DNA of 64,000 nucleotides from an uncultured Veillonella sp. (GTDB lineage: Bacteria; Bacillota; Negativicutes; Veillonellales; Veillonellaceae). Location: positions 471-64,470 of the forward strand of contig NZ_CAUQYW010000010.1 of the NCBI RefSeq assembly GCF_963522475.1, written 5' to 3'. A model generated the notes under the pieces. The model saw nothing but the letters and a program-made list of their open reading frames with translations, searched no databases and had not been told where the DNA came from. Below, piece by piece: positions 28,805 to 39,776 of this stretch. How positions within the stretch are numbered: the first letter of the stretch is position 1; each line of letters begins with the position of its first letter. The translations under genes were made by a program, and so were the position numbers.

Positions 28805-30103
28805 ATGAAATCTTTTAAATCTTTAGGCGTTTGTGATGAACTTATCCAAGCCCTTCACAAACAAGGTATCAAGGAGCCGACGCCAATTCAAGAACAAGCC
28901 ATTCCTGTAGTTTTCAAAGGGAATGATGTCATAGCAAAAGCTCAAACAGGCACAGGCAAAACATTAGCCTTCTTATTACCTATTCTTCAACGGGTGCACA
29001 CAGATGTTCATCAAGAGCAAGTACTTATCATTGCACCTACGCGTGAACTCATAAAACAAATTTCTGAAGAAGCTAAGGAAATAGGTACCATTTTAAATGT
29101 GGATATCCTCCCTCTTATCGGCGGTAAAACAATTGAATCACAGTTACAACAATTAGGACGTCGTCCTCAAGTTATTTTAGGTACACCTGGCCGTCTATTA
29201 GATCATGCGAAACGCGGCTCACTCCACTTAAATTGTATCCGTCGTGTCGTACTCGATGAAGCGGATCAAATGCTTCATATGGGTTTCTTACCGGATATTG
29301 AAAACCTCATCAGCCAAACAGATGCAAATAGACAGCTTTTACTATTTTCAGCCACAATTCCTGATAAAATTAGAAATCTTGCAAAAGCATATATGTCTAA
29401 GCCAGCTTCTGTAACTGCTGAAGGTAAACATATTACACTTGAATCTATTGACCAACGTGTATATATGATGAATCCAGAGGAAAAAACACAACGTCTCATT
29501 AAAATGATTGAAGAAGACAATCCATTCTTGGCGATTGTTTTCTGTAATAAACGTGAAGGTGCAGTTCGCTTATCCTATGAGTTAACTGCTGCAGGCCTCA
29601 ACATTGCTGAAATGCATGGCGATTTGACACAAGGTCGACGCACGCAAATATTGCGCGATTTTGCAAAAGCTAAGACTCAAATCTTAGTGGCAACAGATAT
29701 TGCAGCCCGCGGTATCGATATTGAAGGTATTACACATGTTTATAACTACGACGTACCACGCGATGTAGATTACTATATCCATCGTATTGGCCGCACTGGT
29801 CGTGCAGGTAATTCCGGTGTAGCTGTTACATTTGCCACACCACAGGATGAATCTTGGCTACGACGTATTGAGCGCGCCATCCAGGCAACACTTACTAAAT
29901 ACACTAAAGATGGACAAATTAAAACTAAAGGTAATGCAAGTGCTGCGCCAAAACGTGCAAAATCTTCTGACAAACCTAAGATTACAAGTTCCTATCAATC
30001 TACAAAGGCTAAAGCTCATAAAGCTCGTGGCCACAAAGGTGCTAATACACGCCAACGCCGTACTTCTACATCTCAAACTGGACGTCGTGGTAAACGCAGA
30101 TAA
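28805..30103 (+). CDS. DEAD-box RNA helicase
   Basis: Q motif, AQTGTGKT, PTREL, TPGR, DEAD, SAT, ARGID and HRIGRTGR; basic C-terminal tail. Confidence 0.96.
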   Translation: MKSFKSLGVCDELIQALHKQGIKEPTPIQEQAIPVVFKGNDVIAKAQTGTGKTLAFLLPILQRVHTDVHQEQVLIIAPTRELIKQISEEAKEIGTILNVDILPLIGGKTIESQLQQLGRRPQVILGTPGRLLDHAKRGSLHLNCIRRVVLDEADQMLHMGFLPDIENLISQTDANRQLLLFSATIPDKIRNLAKAYMSKPASVTAEGKHITLESIDQRVYMMNPEEKTQRLIKMIEEDNPFLAIVFCNKREGAVRLSYELTAAGLNIAEMHGDLTQGRRTQILRDFAKAKTQILVATDIAARGIDIEGITHVYNYDVPRDVDYYIHRIGRTGRAGNSGVAVTFATPQDESWLRRIERAIQATLTKYTKDGQIKTKGNASAAPKRAKSSDKPKITSSYQSTKAKAHKARGHKGANTRQRRTSTSQTGRRGKRR

Positions 30104-30107
30104 AAAT

Positions 30108-30144
30108 AAAGACGCATACAGATTAATCTGTACGCGTCTTTTTT
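30108..30144. terminator. Bidirectional terminator between the helicase gene and topB
   Basis: AAAGACGCATACAGA-TTAA-TCTGTACGCGTCTTTTTT. Confidence 0.8.
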
Positions 30145-32452
30145 ATTTATTCGCATAAATGCTAGGCATACCATTTACATCAGAGCATTGAGTCTTACAT
30201 TGAGACCTGTTACTACAAACCCAGTTAATTCGGCCCCTCGCCTCTTGTTTAACAAAATAACCTTCTTTACATCGTGGGCATTTATATTGTTTATCTTCTT
30301 CAGCCACAGTGATATTACTTTCACTATTTGAAGAATTTCCATCGACTGGTTGAGTATGTTTACATTCTGGGTAATTAGTACAGCCTAAAAAAGCACCATA
30401 TTTACCATTACGCTGTTGCATACGTCCCTTATTACATTTCGGACATATAGACAAAGTAGATAGGTCTACATTTTCATTATCCATAGGTCGTTTACGATTT
30501 TGATTCGTTATTGTGCGAACTACATTGGGCATCATTTGACCAGAGTTTCCTTGTTTATCAAAGCCAAGCTTATCAATCAACAACTGTAAAAACTTAATTT
30601 GATCAGACAAGAAGGAATCCAATGTATCCTCCCCTTCACTCATGAGGGACAAACGTTCTTCCCAAACAGCCGTTTCATCAGGATATAACAATTCATCAGG
30701 CAAAGCATCTACTAAAAGATAGCCGGTTTCCGTAGGTGATAGAACTTGCTTCTTCCCCGAAGTTTTCATAAAACCACGACTGATGAGTTCGTCAATAATA
30801 TTAGCACGCGTCGCCTCTGTGCCTATACCAGATACAGCCTTTAACTGTTTTTTCAAATCTTCGTTTTTTACAAATTTATGAATTTCCTTCATCGCTTGCA
30901 ATAATGTAGATGGTGTAAAACGAGATGGTGGCTTTGTTTGTTTTGCCTCTACAGAGGAATCTGTATAAAGAACGGAATCATTTTTCTTAACAGCTGGCAA
31001 ATGATCCGTTTCTTCAATAACCTCTTTTTTAGAGTCAGATTCTGCGCCACGTTCATCAGTTAAATCAGGTTCATCATTATCTGTCACCGATTTAGACTTT
31101 TGTCGTTTATAAAGTAACTTCCATCCTTCGTCTATAACTACACGACCATTAGCAACAAACTCTTCCTTACATTGTTCCACTACAATTTTTGTTTGTTCAT
31201 ACACGTGCTCACCATAGAATTGAGCAATATAAGCCTGACTAACGAGGAAGTAAATATTGCGCTCCTCACGAGACAAACTATTCATATTACAAGCTACCGT
31301 AGTAGGAATAATTGCGTGATGGGCGGTAATTTTCTTTTCATTCCATGCACGGCTCTTAATAGAACGATCTGCATCTGTAGACCACTGTGCTAACCTCTCA
31401 TCTCCTGCATTCTGTAAATTATTTAGAATAGCATTACGATCGCCATATTGATTTGGAGGTAAATATTCACAATCAGAACGAGGATACGTAGTCAACTTTT
31501 TCTCATATAATTTCTGTGCTGTATCAAGTACAGTTTGGGGATCATAGGAGAATGCTTTACCAGCTAACACCTGTAAAGATGACAAGGATAATGGTAGGCG
31601 TTGTACATCTTTCTTTTTAGATTTTGTAACCGCCTTAATGATTCCATCTGAACCGGCTTGCAAGCGCTCAACCAATTCATCTGCAATAGCCTTATTTATG
31701 AGACGACCATCTGGATCAAGCCCCTTTTGTTCATCTGTAGGTTGCCACGTAGCCCAGAATACACCATTTGGATGGTTATATAAAACCTTTAATGTGAAAT
31801 AATCGACCGGTTTAAATGCGGCTAATTCACGTTCCCTACGAACTACTAAGGCTAACGTTGGAGTCTTAACACGACCTATAGGTAATGTTACCTTATTACC
31901 TTTATATCGTTCAGATAAGGTATATGCACGAGATAGGTTCATTCCAATAAGCCAGTCTGCCCGCGCTCTGGCCAATGCAGATTGATATAAATTATGAAAG
32001 TCTTTATTATCACGCAAATCATTAAGAGCTGCACGAACAGATTTTTCGTCCAATGCATTTAATAAAATACGCTGTACAGGTTTTGTATTCCCTACATAAT
32101 ATAAAACCTCATCAACTAACAATTGTCCTTCCCTATCCGGGTCACCAGCATTAACGATAGTATCAGCTTTACCGATAAGGTCTTTCACCGTTTCAAACTG
32201 TTGACGACTACTATCCGTAACCAATAATTTCCACTCATCAGGCACAATAGGTAAATCTTGAGGGCGCCAGCGAACATATTTATCATCGTAATCACCAGGT
32301 TCTGCTTGATGTAATACGTGACCTACAACCCATGTCACCACATCATCACCTTGAATAAAGTAGCCATTCCGTTTTTGGATATTCTTATTTTCCGGCAAGC
32401 ATTTACTAATTTCGCGAGCCATGGATGGCTTTTCCGCAATAAATAACCGCAT
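30143..32452 (-). CDS. topB: DNA topoisomerase III
   Basis: IAEKPS, AGDPDREGQ, GRVKTPTL, TYPRSD, GIGTEATR and C-terminal zinc ribbons. Confidence 0.93.
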   Translation of the reverse strand: MRLFIAEKPSMAREISKCLPENKNIQKRNGYFIQGDDVVTWVVGHVLHQAEPGDYDDKYVRWRPQDLPIVPDEWKLLVTDSSRQQFETVKDLIGKADTIVNAGDPDREGQLLVDEVLYYVGNTKPVQRILLNALDEKSVRAALNDLRDNKDFHNLYQSALARARADWLIGMNLSRAYTLSERYKGNKVTLPIGRVKTPTLALVVRRERELAAFKPVDYFTLKVLYNHPNGVFWATWQPTDEQKGLDPDGRLINKAIADELVERLQAGSDGIIKAVTKSKKKDVQRLPLSLSSLQVLAGKAFSYDPQTVLDTAQKLYEKKLTTYPRSDCEYLPPNQYGDRNAILNNLQNAGDERLAQWSTDADRSIKSRAWNEKKITAHHAIIPTTVACNMNSLSREERNIYFLVSQAYIAQFYGEHVYEQTKIVVEQCKEEFVANGRVVIDEGWKLLYKRQKSKSVTDNDEPDLTDERGAESDSKKEVIEETDHLPAVKKNDSVLYTDSSVEAKQTKPPSRFTPSTLLQAMKEIHKFVKNEDLKKQLKAVSGIGTEATRANIIDELISRGFMKTSGKKQVLSPTETGYLLVDALPDELLYPDETAVWEERLSLMSEGEDTLDSFLSDQIKFLQLLIDKLGFDKQGNSGQMMPNVVRTITNQNRKRPMDNENVDLSTLSICPKCNKGRMQQRNGKYGAFLGCTNYPECKHTQPVDGNSSNSESNITVAEEDKQYKCPRCKEGYFVKQEARGRINWVCSNRSQCKTQCSDVNGMPSIYANK

Positions 32453-32628
32453 GGTCCCCTCCTTAACATAAAATAACGGCTATTCCCCTAAGCCGCTCTT
32501 TGAAATCTCATTATACTACAATTTAGTGGTCATAACTACCAAAATCATGTATAATTTTAAAGATATGAATGATGTGAAAGTTATATAATAAGACAAGGCT
32601 TTTACAAACGAAACAATAGAGGTGAACT

Positions 32629-34224
32629 ATGACATTTTTAGAAGAAGTGCAACGTCGTCGTACGTTTGCTATCATATCTCACCCGGATGCGGGTAAAACA
32701 ACATTAACAGAAAAATTACTTTTATACGGTGGTGCTATCCACTTGGCAGGCTCCGTTAAGTCTCGTAAAACAGCAAAACACGCTGTCTCTGACTGGATGG
32801 AAATTGAAAAACAACGTGGTATCTCTGTAACTAGCTCCGTATTGCAATTTGACTATGATGGCTGTCGTGTCAATATCCTCGATACACCTGGTCACCAAGA
32901 CTTCTCCGAAGATACATATCGTACCTTAATGGCTGCAGATAGTGCTGTCATGTTGATTGACGTAGCAAAAGGCGTAGAAGCACAAACAAAAAAACTATTT
33001 GCTGTATCTAAAGAACGCGGTATTCCTATCTTTACATTTGTAAACAAAATTGACCATTTTGGTCGTAGCCCCTTTGACTTAATGGAAGAAATCGAAAATG
33101 TTCTCGGCATTCGCACATGCCCTATGAACTGGCCTATCGGTATTAACGGCGAGTATAAAGGTGTATATGATAGAGAACATGAAACTATTGAGCTTTTCGC
33201 AAAAGATGAAACACATGGTCAAGAAAAATTAGCCTCTGAAAAAGGTGCTTTGACTGACCCTCGTATGAAAGAATTATTGGGCGACGATGTATACCAAGCA
33301 TTGCTTGATGATATTGAATTACTTGATGTTGCGGGCGATCCATTCGATTTCGATAAAGTTCGCGCTGGTGAATTAACTCCAATGTTCTTCGGCTCTGCAA
33401 TGACTAACTTTGGGGTAAAACCATTTCTGGAAAAATTCCTGGAACTCGCTCCATCCCCTGCTCCACGTCAAGCTGTAGAAGAAATAGTACAACCTACTAG
33501 CGAAGACTTTTCCGCTTTAGTATTTAAAATCCAAGCAAATATGGATCCTAATCACCATGACCGTATCGTATTTATGCGTATCTGCTCTGGTAAATTTGAA
33601 AAAGGTATGTCCGTATTGCATCGTCAATCTAATAAAACGATTCGTCTATCTCAACCACAACAATTCTTGGCTACAGAACGTACTATCGTAGAGGATGCGT
33701 ACCCAGGCGACATTATTGGTGTCTTCGATGCTGGTACAATGGGCGTAGGTGATACACTGTGTGCACAAAAACACAAGGTAACATTTGGCGACTTCCCTGT
33801 ATTCCCGCCAGAATTCTTTGCCCGCGTATCTCCAAAAGATACGATGAAGCGCAAACAATTCCAAAAAGGTATGACTCAATTAGCGCAAGAAGGTGCAGTT
33901 CAAATCTTTGAACAACCAGGTGCCCTTGACTCCTTCGTAGTTGGTGCCGTAGGTATGCTTCAATTTGAAGTACTCGAATACCGTTTAAAAAATGAATATG
34001 GTGTTGATTTACTAAATAATACATTACCATATAGTGTTGCTCGTTGGATTGATGGGGAAGTAGATATTGCTTCTTTAAAAGGTGTAGATAATGCGATGAT
34101 TGTAAAAGATAATCGCGATCGCACGGTAGTCCTTATCTCCAACGAATGGCAAATGGGCTGGGTACAAGAGCGTAATCCAGATGTTACATTCCTAACAACA
34201 CCTAAACTTCATCACGAGTTATAA
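32629..34224 (+). CDS. prfC: Peptide chain release factor 3
   Basis: RRTFAIISHPDAGKTT, SDWMEIEKQRGISV, DTPGHQDF and GAVGMLQFEV. Confidence 0.97.
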   Translation: MTFLEEVQRRRTFAIISHPDAGKTTLTEKLLLYGGAIHLAGSVKSRKTAKHAVSDWMEIEKQRGISVTSSVLQFDYDGCRVNILDTPGHQDFSEDTYRTLMAADSAVMLIDVAKGVEAQTKKLFAVSKERGIPIFTFVNKIDHFGRSPFDLMEEIENVLGIRTCPMNWPIGINGEYKGVYDREHETIELFAKDETHGQEKLASEKGALTDPRMKELLGDDVYQALLDDIELLDVAGDPFDFDKVRAGELTPMFFGSAMTNFGVKPFLEKFLELAPSPAPRQAVEEIVQPTSEDFSALVFKIQANMDPNHHDRIVFMRICSGKFEKGMSVLHRQSNKTIRLSQPQQFLATERTIVEDAYPGDIIGVFDAGTMGVGDTLCAQKHKVTFGDFPVFPPEFFARVSPKDTMKRKQFQKGMTQLAQEGAVQIFEQPGALDSFVVGAVGMLQFEVLEYRLKNEYGVDLLNNTLPYSVARWIDGEVDIASLKGVDNAMIVKDNRDRTVVLISNEWQMGWVQERNPDVTFLTTPKLHHEL

Positions 34225-34238
34225 TTACGTATCTTCAA

Positions 34239-34283
34239 TAACTGGAATACATCTATATAGATATATTCCAGTTTATTTTTTTT
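34239..34283 (+). terminator. Terminator after prfC
   Basis: AACTGGAATA...TATTCCAGTT followed by a T-run. Confidence 0.75.
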
Positions 34284-34550
34284 ATAGGCAGGAAAATCAT
34301 AGTATTAAAACGAATACATATAGTATAGTTATGTAATTAAGTAATTATTACTATTACTTTCCTTAATTTATGTATATAATATAAATATATACTATATATA
34401 ATCTTATAATTAGTATAGGTTTTAATGTTGTTGTGAGTATTGAAAACAAATAATATAAAATGATTATCCTTATATATTCTATAGTTTTTTTCAATCATTC
34501 ATGATACCATAAAATATAAGTTTTATTTTTTATTTTAAAGGAGTGATTTT

Positions 34551-35798
34551 ATGCCACTTATTGACTTAGCATTAGTCAACGATGTATGGACGTTAAAACT
34601 GTCCATGATCCAAACTGTAGGCCTCGCTGTAATCACATTGTTCATAGGTACTTGGATTAACAAACATTCCAAATTCTTACAACGTATGTGTATGCCTGCA
34701 CCAGCTGTAGGGGCTTTACCATTTGCATTTTTAACTGCTATTCTTTCTTACTACAAAATTTTAAATATTACCTTTGAAAGTTCCCTACAAACATTTTTAA
34801 TGCTTGCTTTCTTTACTACAATTGGTTTGATGGCATCCTTAAAAGTCCTAAAAAAGGGCGGTATCTTTATCATTTTCTTCTTCCTCGCTTGTGCTGTATG
34901 GATTGTTGTACAAAATACCGCAGGTATTATGATTGCTAAAGCTTTAGGCATTGAACCAATCATCGGTATTATGGCTGGCTCCGTATCTATGATTGGTGGT
35001 CTTGGTACGGCTGGTGCCTTTGGTCCATATTACGAACAACTACTTGGTATCCCTGGTACAGCTTCTGCTGCAGTTGCAGCCGCAACATTTGGTATGGTTG
35101 CTGGTACAATTCTTGGTGCTCCTGTAGGTGAACGCATTATTAAAATGCACAAAGTAAAAACGCCTTATGAACACCCTGAGTTACTACAAGATGACGGCAT
35201 CGACATGATCGAAGATCGTGTTGAAAGCGGCGGTAAGCAATTCAACTCTCAAGATCTTTTAACGATTTGTATGTGGATTGGTTTGGCCTTAGGCATTGGT
35301 ACTATTATAAGTGCTGGCCTGTCCATTCTTACACCACTACCTGCATATATTGGTGCCATGATTTGTGCAGCTGTAATTCGTAACTTCGGTGACTTCACTA
35401 AGTCTTACAAAATCAATGATGCAGCACTCGATGCAGTATCTAACGTAGCATTATCCTTATTCGTTACAATGGCGATTAATAGCTTGAAACTAGTTCAATT
35501 AATCGATCTTGCATTACCATTGATTACTATTTTAGTAGCGCAAATGGCACTTATCTGTGTATTTGCATACCTTATCTACTTCATCTTTGGTCGCAACTAC
35601 GATGCTGTTATGCTAGGCGCTGGTGCCATCGGCTTCGGTTTAGGTGCTACACCAAATGCATTGGTTAACATGTTATCTTTGGCGGGCAAACACGGTCCAT
35701 CTCCTCGTGCATGGCTCGTAGTTTCCTTGGTAGGTGCATTCTTAATCGACTTTGCGAATGCTTTCCTAATCACAACAATGGCAGGTATTCTTTACTAA
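34551..35798 (+). CDS. gltS: Sodium/glutamate symporter (GltS/ESS family)
   Basis: MLAFFTTIG, GSVSMIGG.GT, AAATFG, LSLF and GFGLGATPNA..NM motifs. Confidence 0.88.
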   Translation: MPLIDLALVNDVWTLKLSMIQTVGLAVITLFIGTWINKHSKFLQRMCMPAPAVGALPFAFLTAILSYYKILNITFESSLQTFLMLAFFTTIGLMASLKVLKKGGIFIIFFFLACAVWIVVQNTAGIMIAKALGIEPIIGIMAGSVSMIGGLGTAGAFGPYYEQLLGIPGTASAAVAAATFGMVAGTILGAPVGERIIKMHKVKTPYEHPELLQDDGIDMIEDRVESGGKQFNSQDLLTICMWIGLALGIGTIISAGLSILTPLPAYIGAMICAAVIRNFGDFTKSYKINDAALDAVSNVALSLFVTMAINSLKLVQLIDLALPLITILVAQMALICVFAYLIYFIFGRNYDAVMLGAGAIGFGLGATPNALVNMLSLAGKHGPSPRAWLVVSLVGAFLIDFANAFLITTMAGILY

Positions 35799-35800
35799 AC

Positions 35801-35878
35801 AAAAAGGGCCCATTAGGGTCCTTTTTCATGTAAAAGAGCTTATTAGAATGGTATAGTATCAATCTAATAAGCTCTTTT
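35801..35878. terminator. Two adjacent hairpins terminating the convergent gltS and rsmA
   Basis: AAAAAGGGCCC-ATTA-GGGTCCTTTTT and AAAAGAGCTTATTAGA...TCTAATAAGCTCTTTT. Confidence 0.7.
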
Positions 35879-35886
35879 ATATTATA

Positions 35887-36741
35887 CTATTTAAGTAAAG
35901 TCGCCCACGCATTGGCTACATCGGCAAATTCTTGAAGAGTAAATGTTTCACCTCTTCGTTGACCATCAATATTTGCTTTTGCTAAAAGCTCTTCAATTCT
36001 ATCTTTTGATAAGCCCGTTGTCTTCATCGTGTTAGAGAAGGTTTTACGTCGTTGTGCAAAACCAGCTTTCACCACGCGGAAGAATAGTTTCTCGTCAATC
36101 ACATCTACCGGTGGTTTATCTCGCAACACACAGCGAATAACAGAACTTGTTACCGCTGGAGCTGGTAAGAAAGAATTAGGCGGCACATCAAGAACGATAT
36201 CAGGCTCAGTATAATACTGTACAGCTACAGATAATGCACCATAATCCTTTGTGCCTGGTTTGGCTACCATTCGCAAGGCTACCTCTTTTTGAACCATTAC
36301 AACAAGGCGTTCGATTGGCAATTTGCTTTCTAACAAAGACATAATGATAGGTGTTGTAATATAGTACGGTAAATTAGCAACTACCTTAAAAGGCTTATGA
36401 TTCATAATGGTTGGCACATCAAGTTTCAATACATCACCATGAACAATACGTACATTATCGTAGGATGCTAATGTGGTATCTAAAACATCTAACAAACGAC
36501 GATCTAGCTCAATGGCAGTGACATCTGCCCCACTTTGTGCCAATCCCTGTGTCAATGTACCAATGCCAGGACCTACCTCTAATACAGGCTCACCAGGCAT
36601 TAATTCCGCAGCATATACAATTTCATCAACAATACCGCGTTTAATAAGAAAGTTCTGTCCTAACTTCTTACTCATTTTAATGTCAAAGCGTTTACATATA
36701 TAATGTACAACCTCTGGGCTTGCAATTACTGATTCTAACAT
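35887..36741 (-). CDS. rsmA: 16S rRNA m6,2A1518/1519 dimethyltransferase
   Basis: KKLGQNFL, EVGPGIG, ANLPYYITTP, MVQKEVA and FAQRRKT; start ATG 36741. Confidence 0.96.
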   Translation of the reverse strand: MLESVIASPEVVHYICKRFDIKMSKKLGQNFLIKRGIVDEIVYAAELMPGEPVLEVGPGIGTLTQGLAQSGADVTAIELDRRLLDVLDTTLASYDNVRIVHGDVLKLDVPTIMNHKPFKVVANLPYYITTPIIMSLLESKLPIERLVVMVQKEVALRMVAKPGTKDYGALSVAVQYYTEPDIVLDVPPNSFLPAPAVTSSVIRCVLRDKPPVDVIDEKLFFRVVKAGFAQRRKTFSNTMKTTGLSKDRIEELLAKANIDGQRRGETFTLQEFADVANAWATLLK

Positions 36742-36754
36742 CTTAACTCCTATT

Positions 36755-37282
36755 TTAACAATTCGCAGCCTCATCAAAAGCATCTCGAGTTATACCATAG
36801 TGATTTAAACGATATACAAACTGTTTTCCATTGCCATATCCAATACCTAACTTAGCGCCAACAACAGCACGACGAGCAGCACTATCTGACATACCTGACA
36901 GCCCATGTCGAACTAGGTCTACCATGGAAAATTCATTAGATGATTCCAAAGACTCTACATGTAATGTAGATAGTGCCTTTCTAATGGATTCAGACGATGC
37001 TTGTTCTATGCCAATATCATCATTTGCAAAAGCTTCGTCACGAGGGACAAAAGCATGCTGAGCATTAGGGAATTTTTTTGTTAATACACGACGAATTCTT
37101 TCCCCTGCTGTATCAGGATCTGTTAATATGATAATGCCTCGTTTTTCATAGGCTACACGAATCATATCAATAACACCTTTACGGAGTGTAAAACCTTCTG
37201 TCGCAATGCAGTCTGCTTCCACAGCTTGTGCAATGCGTTGTATATCAGATTTTCCTTCTACCACGATGACTTGTTTAAGCAT
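36755..37282 (-). CDS. rnmV: Ribonuclease M5
   Basis: VIVVEGKSD, IILTDPD.AGERIR and LGIGYGNGKQ; adjacent to rsmA. Confidence 0.94.
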   Translation of the reverse strand: MLKQVIVVEGKSDIQRIAQAVEADCIATEGFTLRKGVIDMIRVAYEKRGIIILTDPDTAGERIRRVLTKKFPNAQHAFVPRDEAFANDDIGIEQASSESIRKALSTLHVESLESSNEFSMVDLVRHGLSGMSDSAARRAVVGAKLGIGYGNGKQFVYRLNHYGITRDAFDEAANC

Positions 37283-37386
37283 AGCTCCTCCTTTATTCTA
37301 TTAGTACATTGTAACATATATATAACATTGCTTAAATACTTATAATCGAGTAGTATAGGTAGTGTAATATATAAAAGGAGGCCATT

Positions 37387-38331
37387 ATGACCTTACAACA
37401 ACTAAAGTATGTCACAACAATTGCAAATATAGGCAGTATTAGTGAAGCTGCTAAGAGACTCTTCGTTTCTCAACCTAGTCTAACAAAGGCGATTAAAGAA
37501 TTAGAAAAGGAAATGGGCATTACCATTTTCGATCGCACCAATAAAGGTATTACGGTTTCAAAAGAAGGGGAACGCTTTCTCGGCTATGCGCGCCAAGTTC
37601 TAGAACAAGCAGCTTTATTAGAAGAGCAATACAAAAGCCAAAGTGGTGGTAAAAAGCAATTTTCTGTATCTACACAACATTACTCCTTTGCTGTGAATGC
37701 CTTTGTAGAGCTTTTAAAGGGAGCCGGAATCGATCAATATGATGTATCCTTACGAGAAACGCAAACCTATGAGATCATTGATGACGTAGCACATATGAAG
37801 AGTGAAATCGGTCTACTCTTCTACAATGATTTTAATCGCCCTGTATTAGAAAAATTAATTCACACCAATGAATTAACCTTTACAGAACTTTTTACAGCTC
37901 ATCCTCATATCTTTATCGGTAAAAATCATCCCTTAGCCAATAAAAAGGTTGTATCTATGGACGAATTAGAGGAGTATCCATACATCTCCTTTGAACAAGG
38001 CGATCACAACTCCTTCTATTTTTCTGAAGAAATTTTTAGTACTCTAGTACGACCAAAGCATATTCGTGTACGCGATAGAGCTTCTCTCTTTAGTTTATTA
38101 CTTGGTCTCGATGGATATACCGTATCTAGTGGTGTAATTGATGAAGAAGTAAACGGTGAAAATATCATTTCTGTTCCTCTTGCAGAACAAGGATTAATGC
38201 ATATTGGTTACATTACTAATAATAAAATGCAGCGTAGCCGTCTAGGTCAAGAATATATCCAAGCACTAGAACAATATGTAGGTAATTATGGTAGACATAT
38301 TCAGTTATCAGAAACAAAAAAAATAACATAA
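37387..38331 (+). CDS. LysR-family regulator, streptococcal MtaR/MetR-like
   Basis: HTH AAKRLFVSQPSLT; FSVSTQHYSFAVNAFV...LRETQTYEIIDDV...SEIG typical of MtaR/MetR. Confidence 0.85.
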   Translation: MTLQQLKYVTTIANIGSISEAAKRLFVSQPSLTKAIKELEKEMGITIFDRTNKGITVSKEGERFLGYARQVLEQAALLEEQYKSQSGGKKQFSVSTQHYSFAVNAFVELLKGAGIDQYDVSLRETQTYEIIDDVAHMKSEIGLLFYNDFNRPVLEKLIHTNELTFTELFTAHPHIFIGKNHPLANKKVVSMDELEEYPYISFEQGDHNSFYFSEEIFSTLVRPKHIRVRDRASLFSLLLGLDGYTVSSGVIDEEVNGENIISVPLAEQGLMHIGYITNNKMQRSRLGQEYIQALEQYVGNYGRHIQLSETKKIT

Positions 38332-38384
38332 TATTTTATAGATAATATTGATTAAAAATATTCTACATATAATATAACTTTAGC

Positions 38385-38415
38385 AAAGGCATCCTCTTTA
38401 ATGAGGGTGCTTTTT
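38385..38415 (+). terminator. Terminator after the LysR gene
   Basis: AAAGGCATCCTC-TTTAAT-GAGGGTGCTTTTT. Confidence 0.75.
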
Positions 38416-38507
38416 AATATATATACATATTTAATACCCTATGAAATGGATTAATTCCGAAATAAATCGAATTCTATATAAATGTATATATTAATACTCA
38501 ATTTAGA

Positions 38508-38555
38508 TATAACTTACAACTAAAAATTAATTTATGAATATAGATAAAAGTTATA
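38508..38555. promoter_or_regulatory. Tandem MET-box-like LysR sites
   Basis: TATAACTTACAACTAAA (38508-38524) and TATAGATAAAAGTTATA (38539-38555) resemble TATAGTTtnaAACTATA. Confidence 0.5.
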
Positions 38556-38654
38556 TTCAACATCATTATATTGATATTTTTATATATGCTCATCCTTAGT
38601 TATAATAAATCTATGAATTTATCGGTTATACCGTTTACATAAGGAGGATTACAT

Positions 38655-39776
38655 ATGTCCAAACAATTAGCACCATTTCATTTTGATATCGTAGGTTCCT
38701 TCCTACGCCCAGCAGAATTAAAAGAAGCTCGTGAAGCTTTTACAAAAGGAAATATTACTAGAGAAGAACTAACAGCTGTGGAAGATCGTCTTATTACAGA
38801 TCTCATTCAAAAACAAAAAGCTGCAGGACTTCCTGTTATTACTGACGGTGAATTCCGCCGTGCATACTGGCACTTAGATTTCATGTGGGGATTCAATGGT
38901 GTAAAAGAAATTGAACTTGAACACGGTTACAAATTCGTTGGTCAAGAAACAGCGCCTGGTTCTCTCGTTCTTACTGGTAAAATCACAGGCACTAACCATC
39001 CATTTGTAGAGCATTTCAAATTTGTAAAACAGTTTGAAGATGAACATACTACAGCTCGTCAAACCATTCCTGCTCCATCTCAATTCTTAGCTGAATTATT
39101 CCGCGAAGATAATGGCATTACAACACGCTCCTTCTATCCTGACTTAGAAGAGTTAATTCAAGATATTGCTGCTGCATATCGTCAAGTTATTAAAGACCTC
39201 TACGAGGCAGGTTGCCGCAACATTCAATTTGACGATTGTACTTGGGGTATGTGTTGTGACCACGGTTATTGGACTGGTCGTCAAAAGGATAAAAGTGTCA
39301 CTATCGAAGGTGAAACAGCAAAATACCTACGCTTAAATAACTTGGCACTCGAAGGTCGCCCTCATGACTTAGCATTCACTACACATGTATGTCGTGGTAA
39401 TTACAATTCTACTTGGGCTGCTAGTGGTGGCTATGAACCAGTTGCACCAATTCTATTCGCCAAAGAAAATGTAGATGCGTACTACTTAGAATTTGACGAT
39501 GACCGCTCTGGTGGTTTTGAGCCATTGCGTGAAGTGTCCCCTAATAAAAAGGTTGTATTAGGCTTGATTACGTCTAAACGTCCTGAATTAGAAGATAAAG
39601 AAGTTATTAAAGAACGGATTAAAGAAGCTACAAAATATATTCCTCTCGAAAGACTTTGCCTATCCCCTCAATGTGGCTTTGCATCTTGTGAAATCGGTAA
39701 CCAATTGACTGAAGAAGAACAATGGGCTAAACTTGCATTAGTTAAAGAAATAGCACATGAAGTTTGGGGTGATTAA
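38655..39776 (+). CDS. Cobalamin-independent methionine synthase catalytic-domain protein (YxjG/YxjH-like)
   Basis: VGSFLRP, TDGEFRR, zinc ligands HVCRGN / LEFD / SPQCGF; lacks the N-terminal MetE half. Confidence 0.88.
   Translation: MSKQLAPFHFDIVGSFLRPAELKEAREAFTKGNITREELTAVEDRLITDLIQKQKAAGLPVITDGEFRRAYWHLDFMWGFNGVKEIELEHGYKFVGQETAPGSLVLTGKITGTNHPFVEHFKFVKQFEDEHTTARQTIPAPSQFLAELFREDNGITTRSFYPDLEELIQDIAAAYRQVIKDLYEAGCRNIQFDDCTWGMCCDHGYWTGRQKDKSVTIEGETAKYLRLNNLALEGRPHDLAFTTHVCRGNYNSTWAASGGYEPVAPILFAKENVDAYYLEFDDDRSGGFEPLREVSPNKKVVLGLITSKRPELEDKEVIKERIKEATKYIPLERLCLSPQCGFASCEIGNQLTEEEQWAKLALVKEIAHEVWGD

Noticed and set aside
30143..32452. topB as a marker of an ICE or plasmid
   Set aside because: Flanked by housekeeping genes; no integrase, relaxase, T4SS or att repeats nearby.
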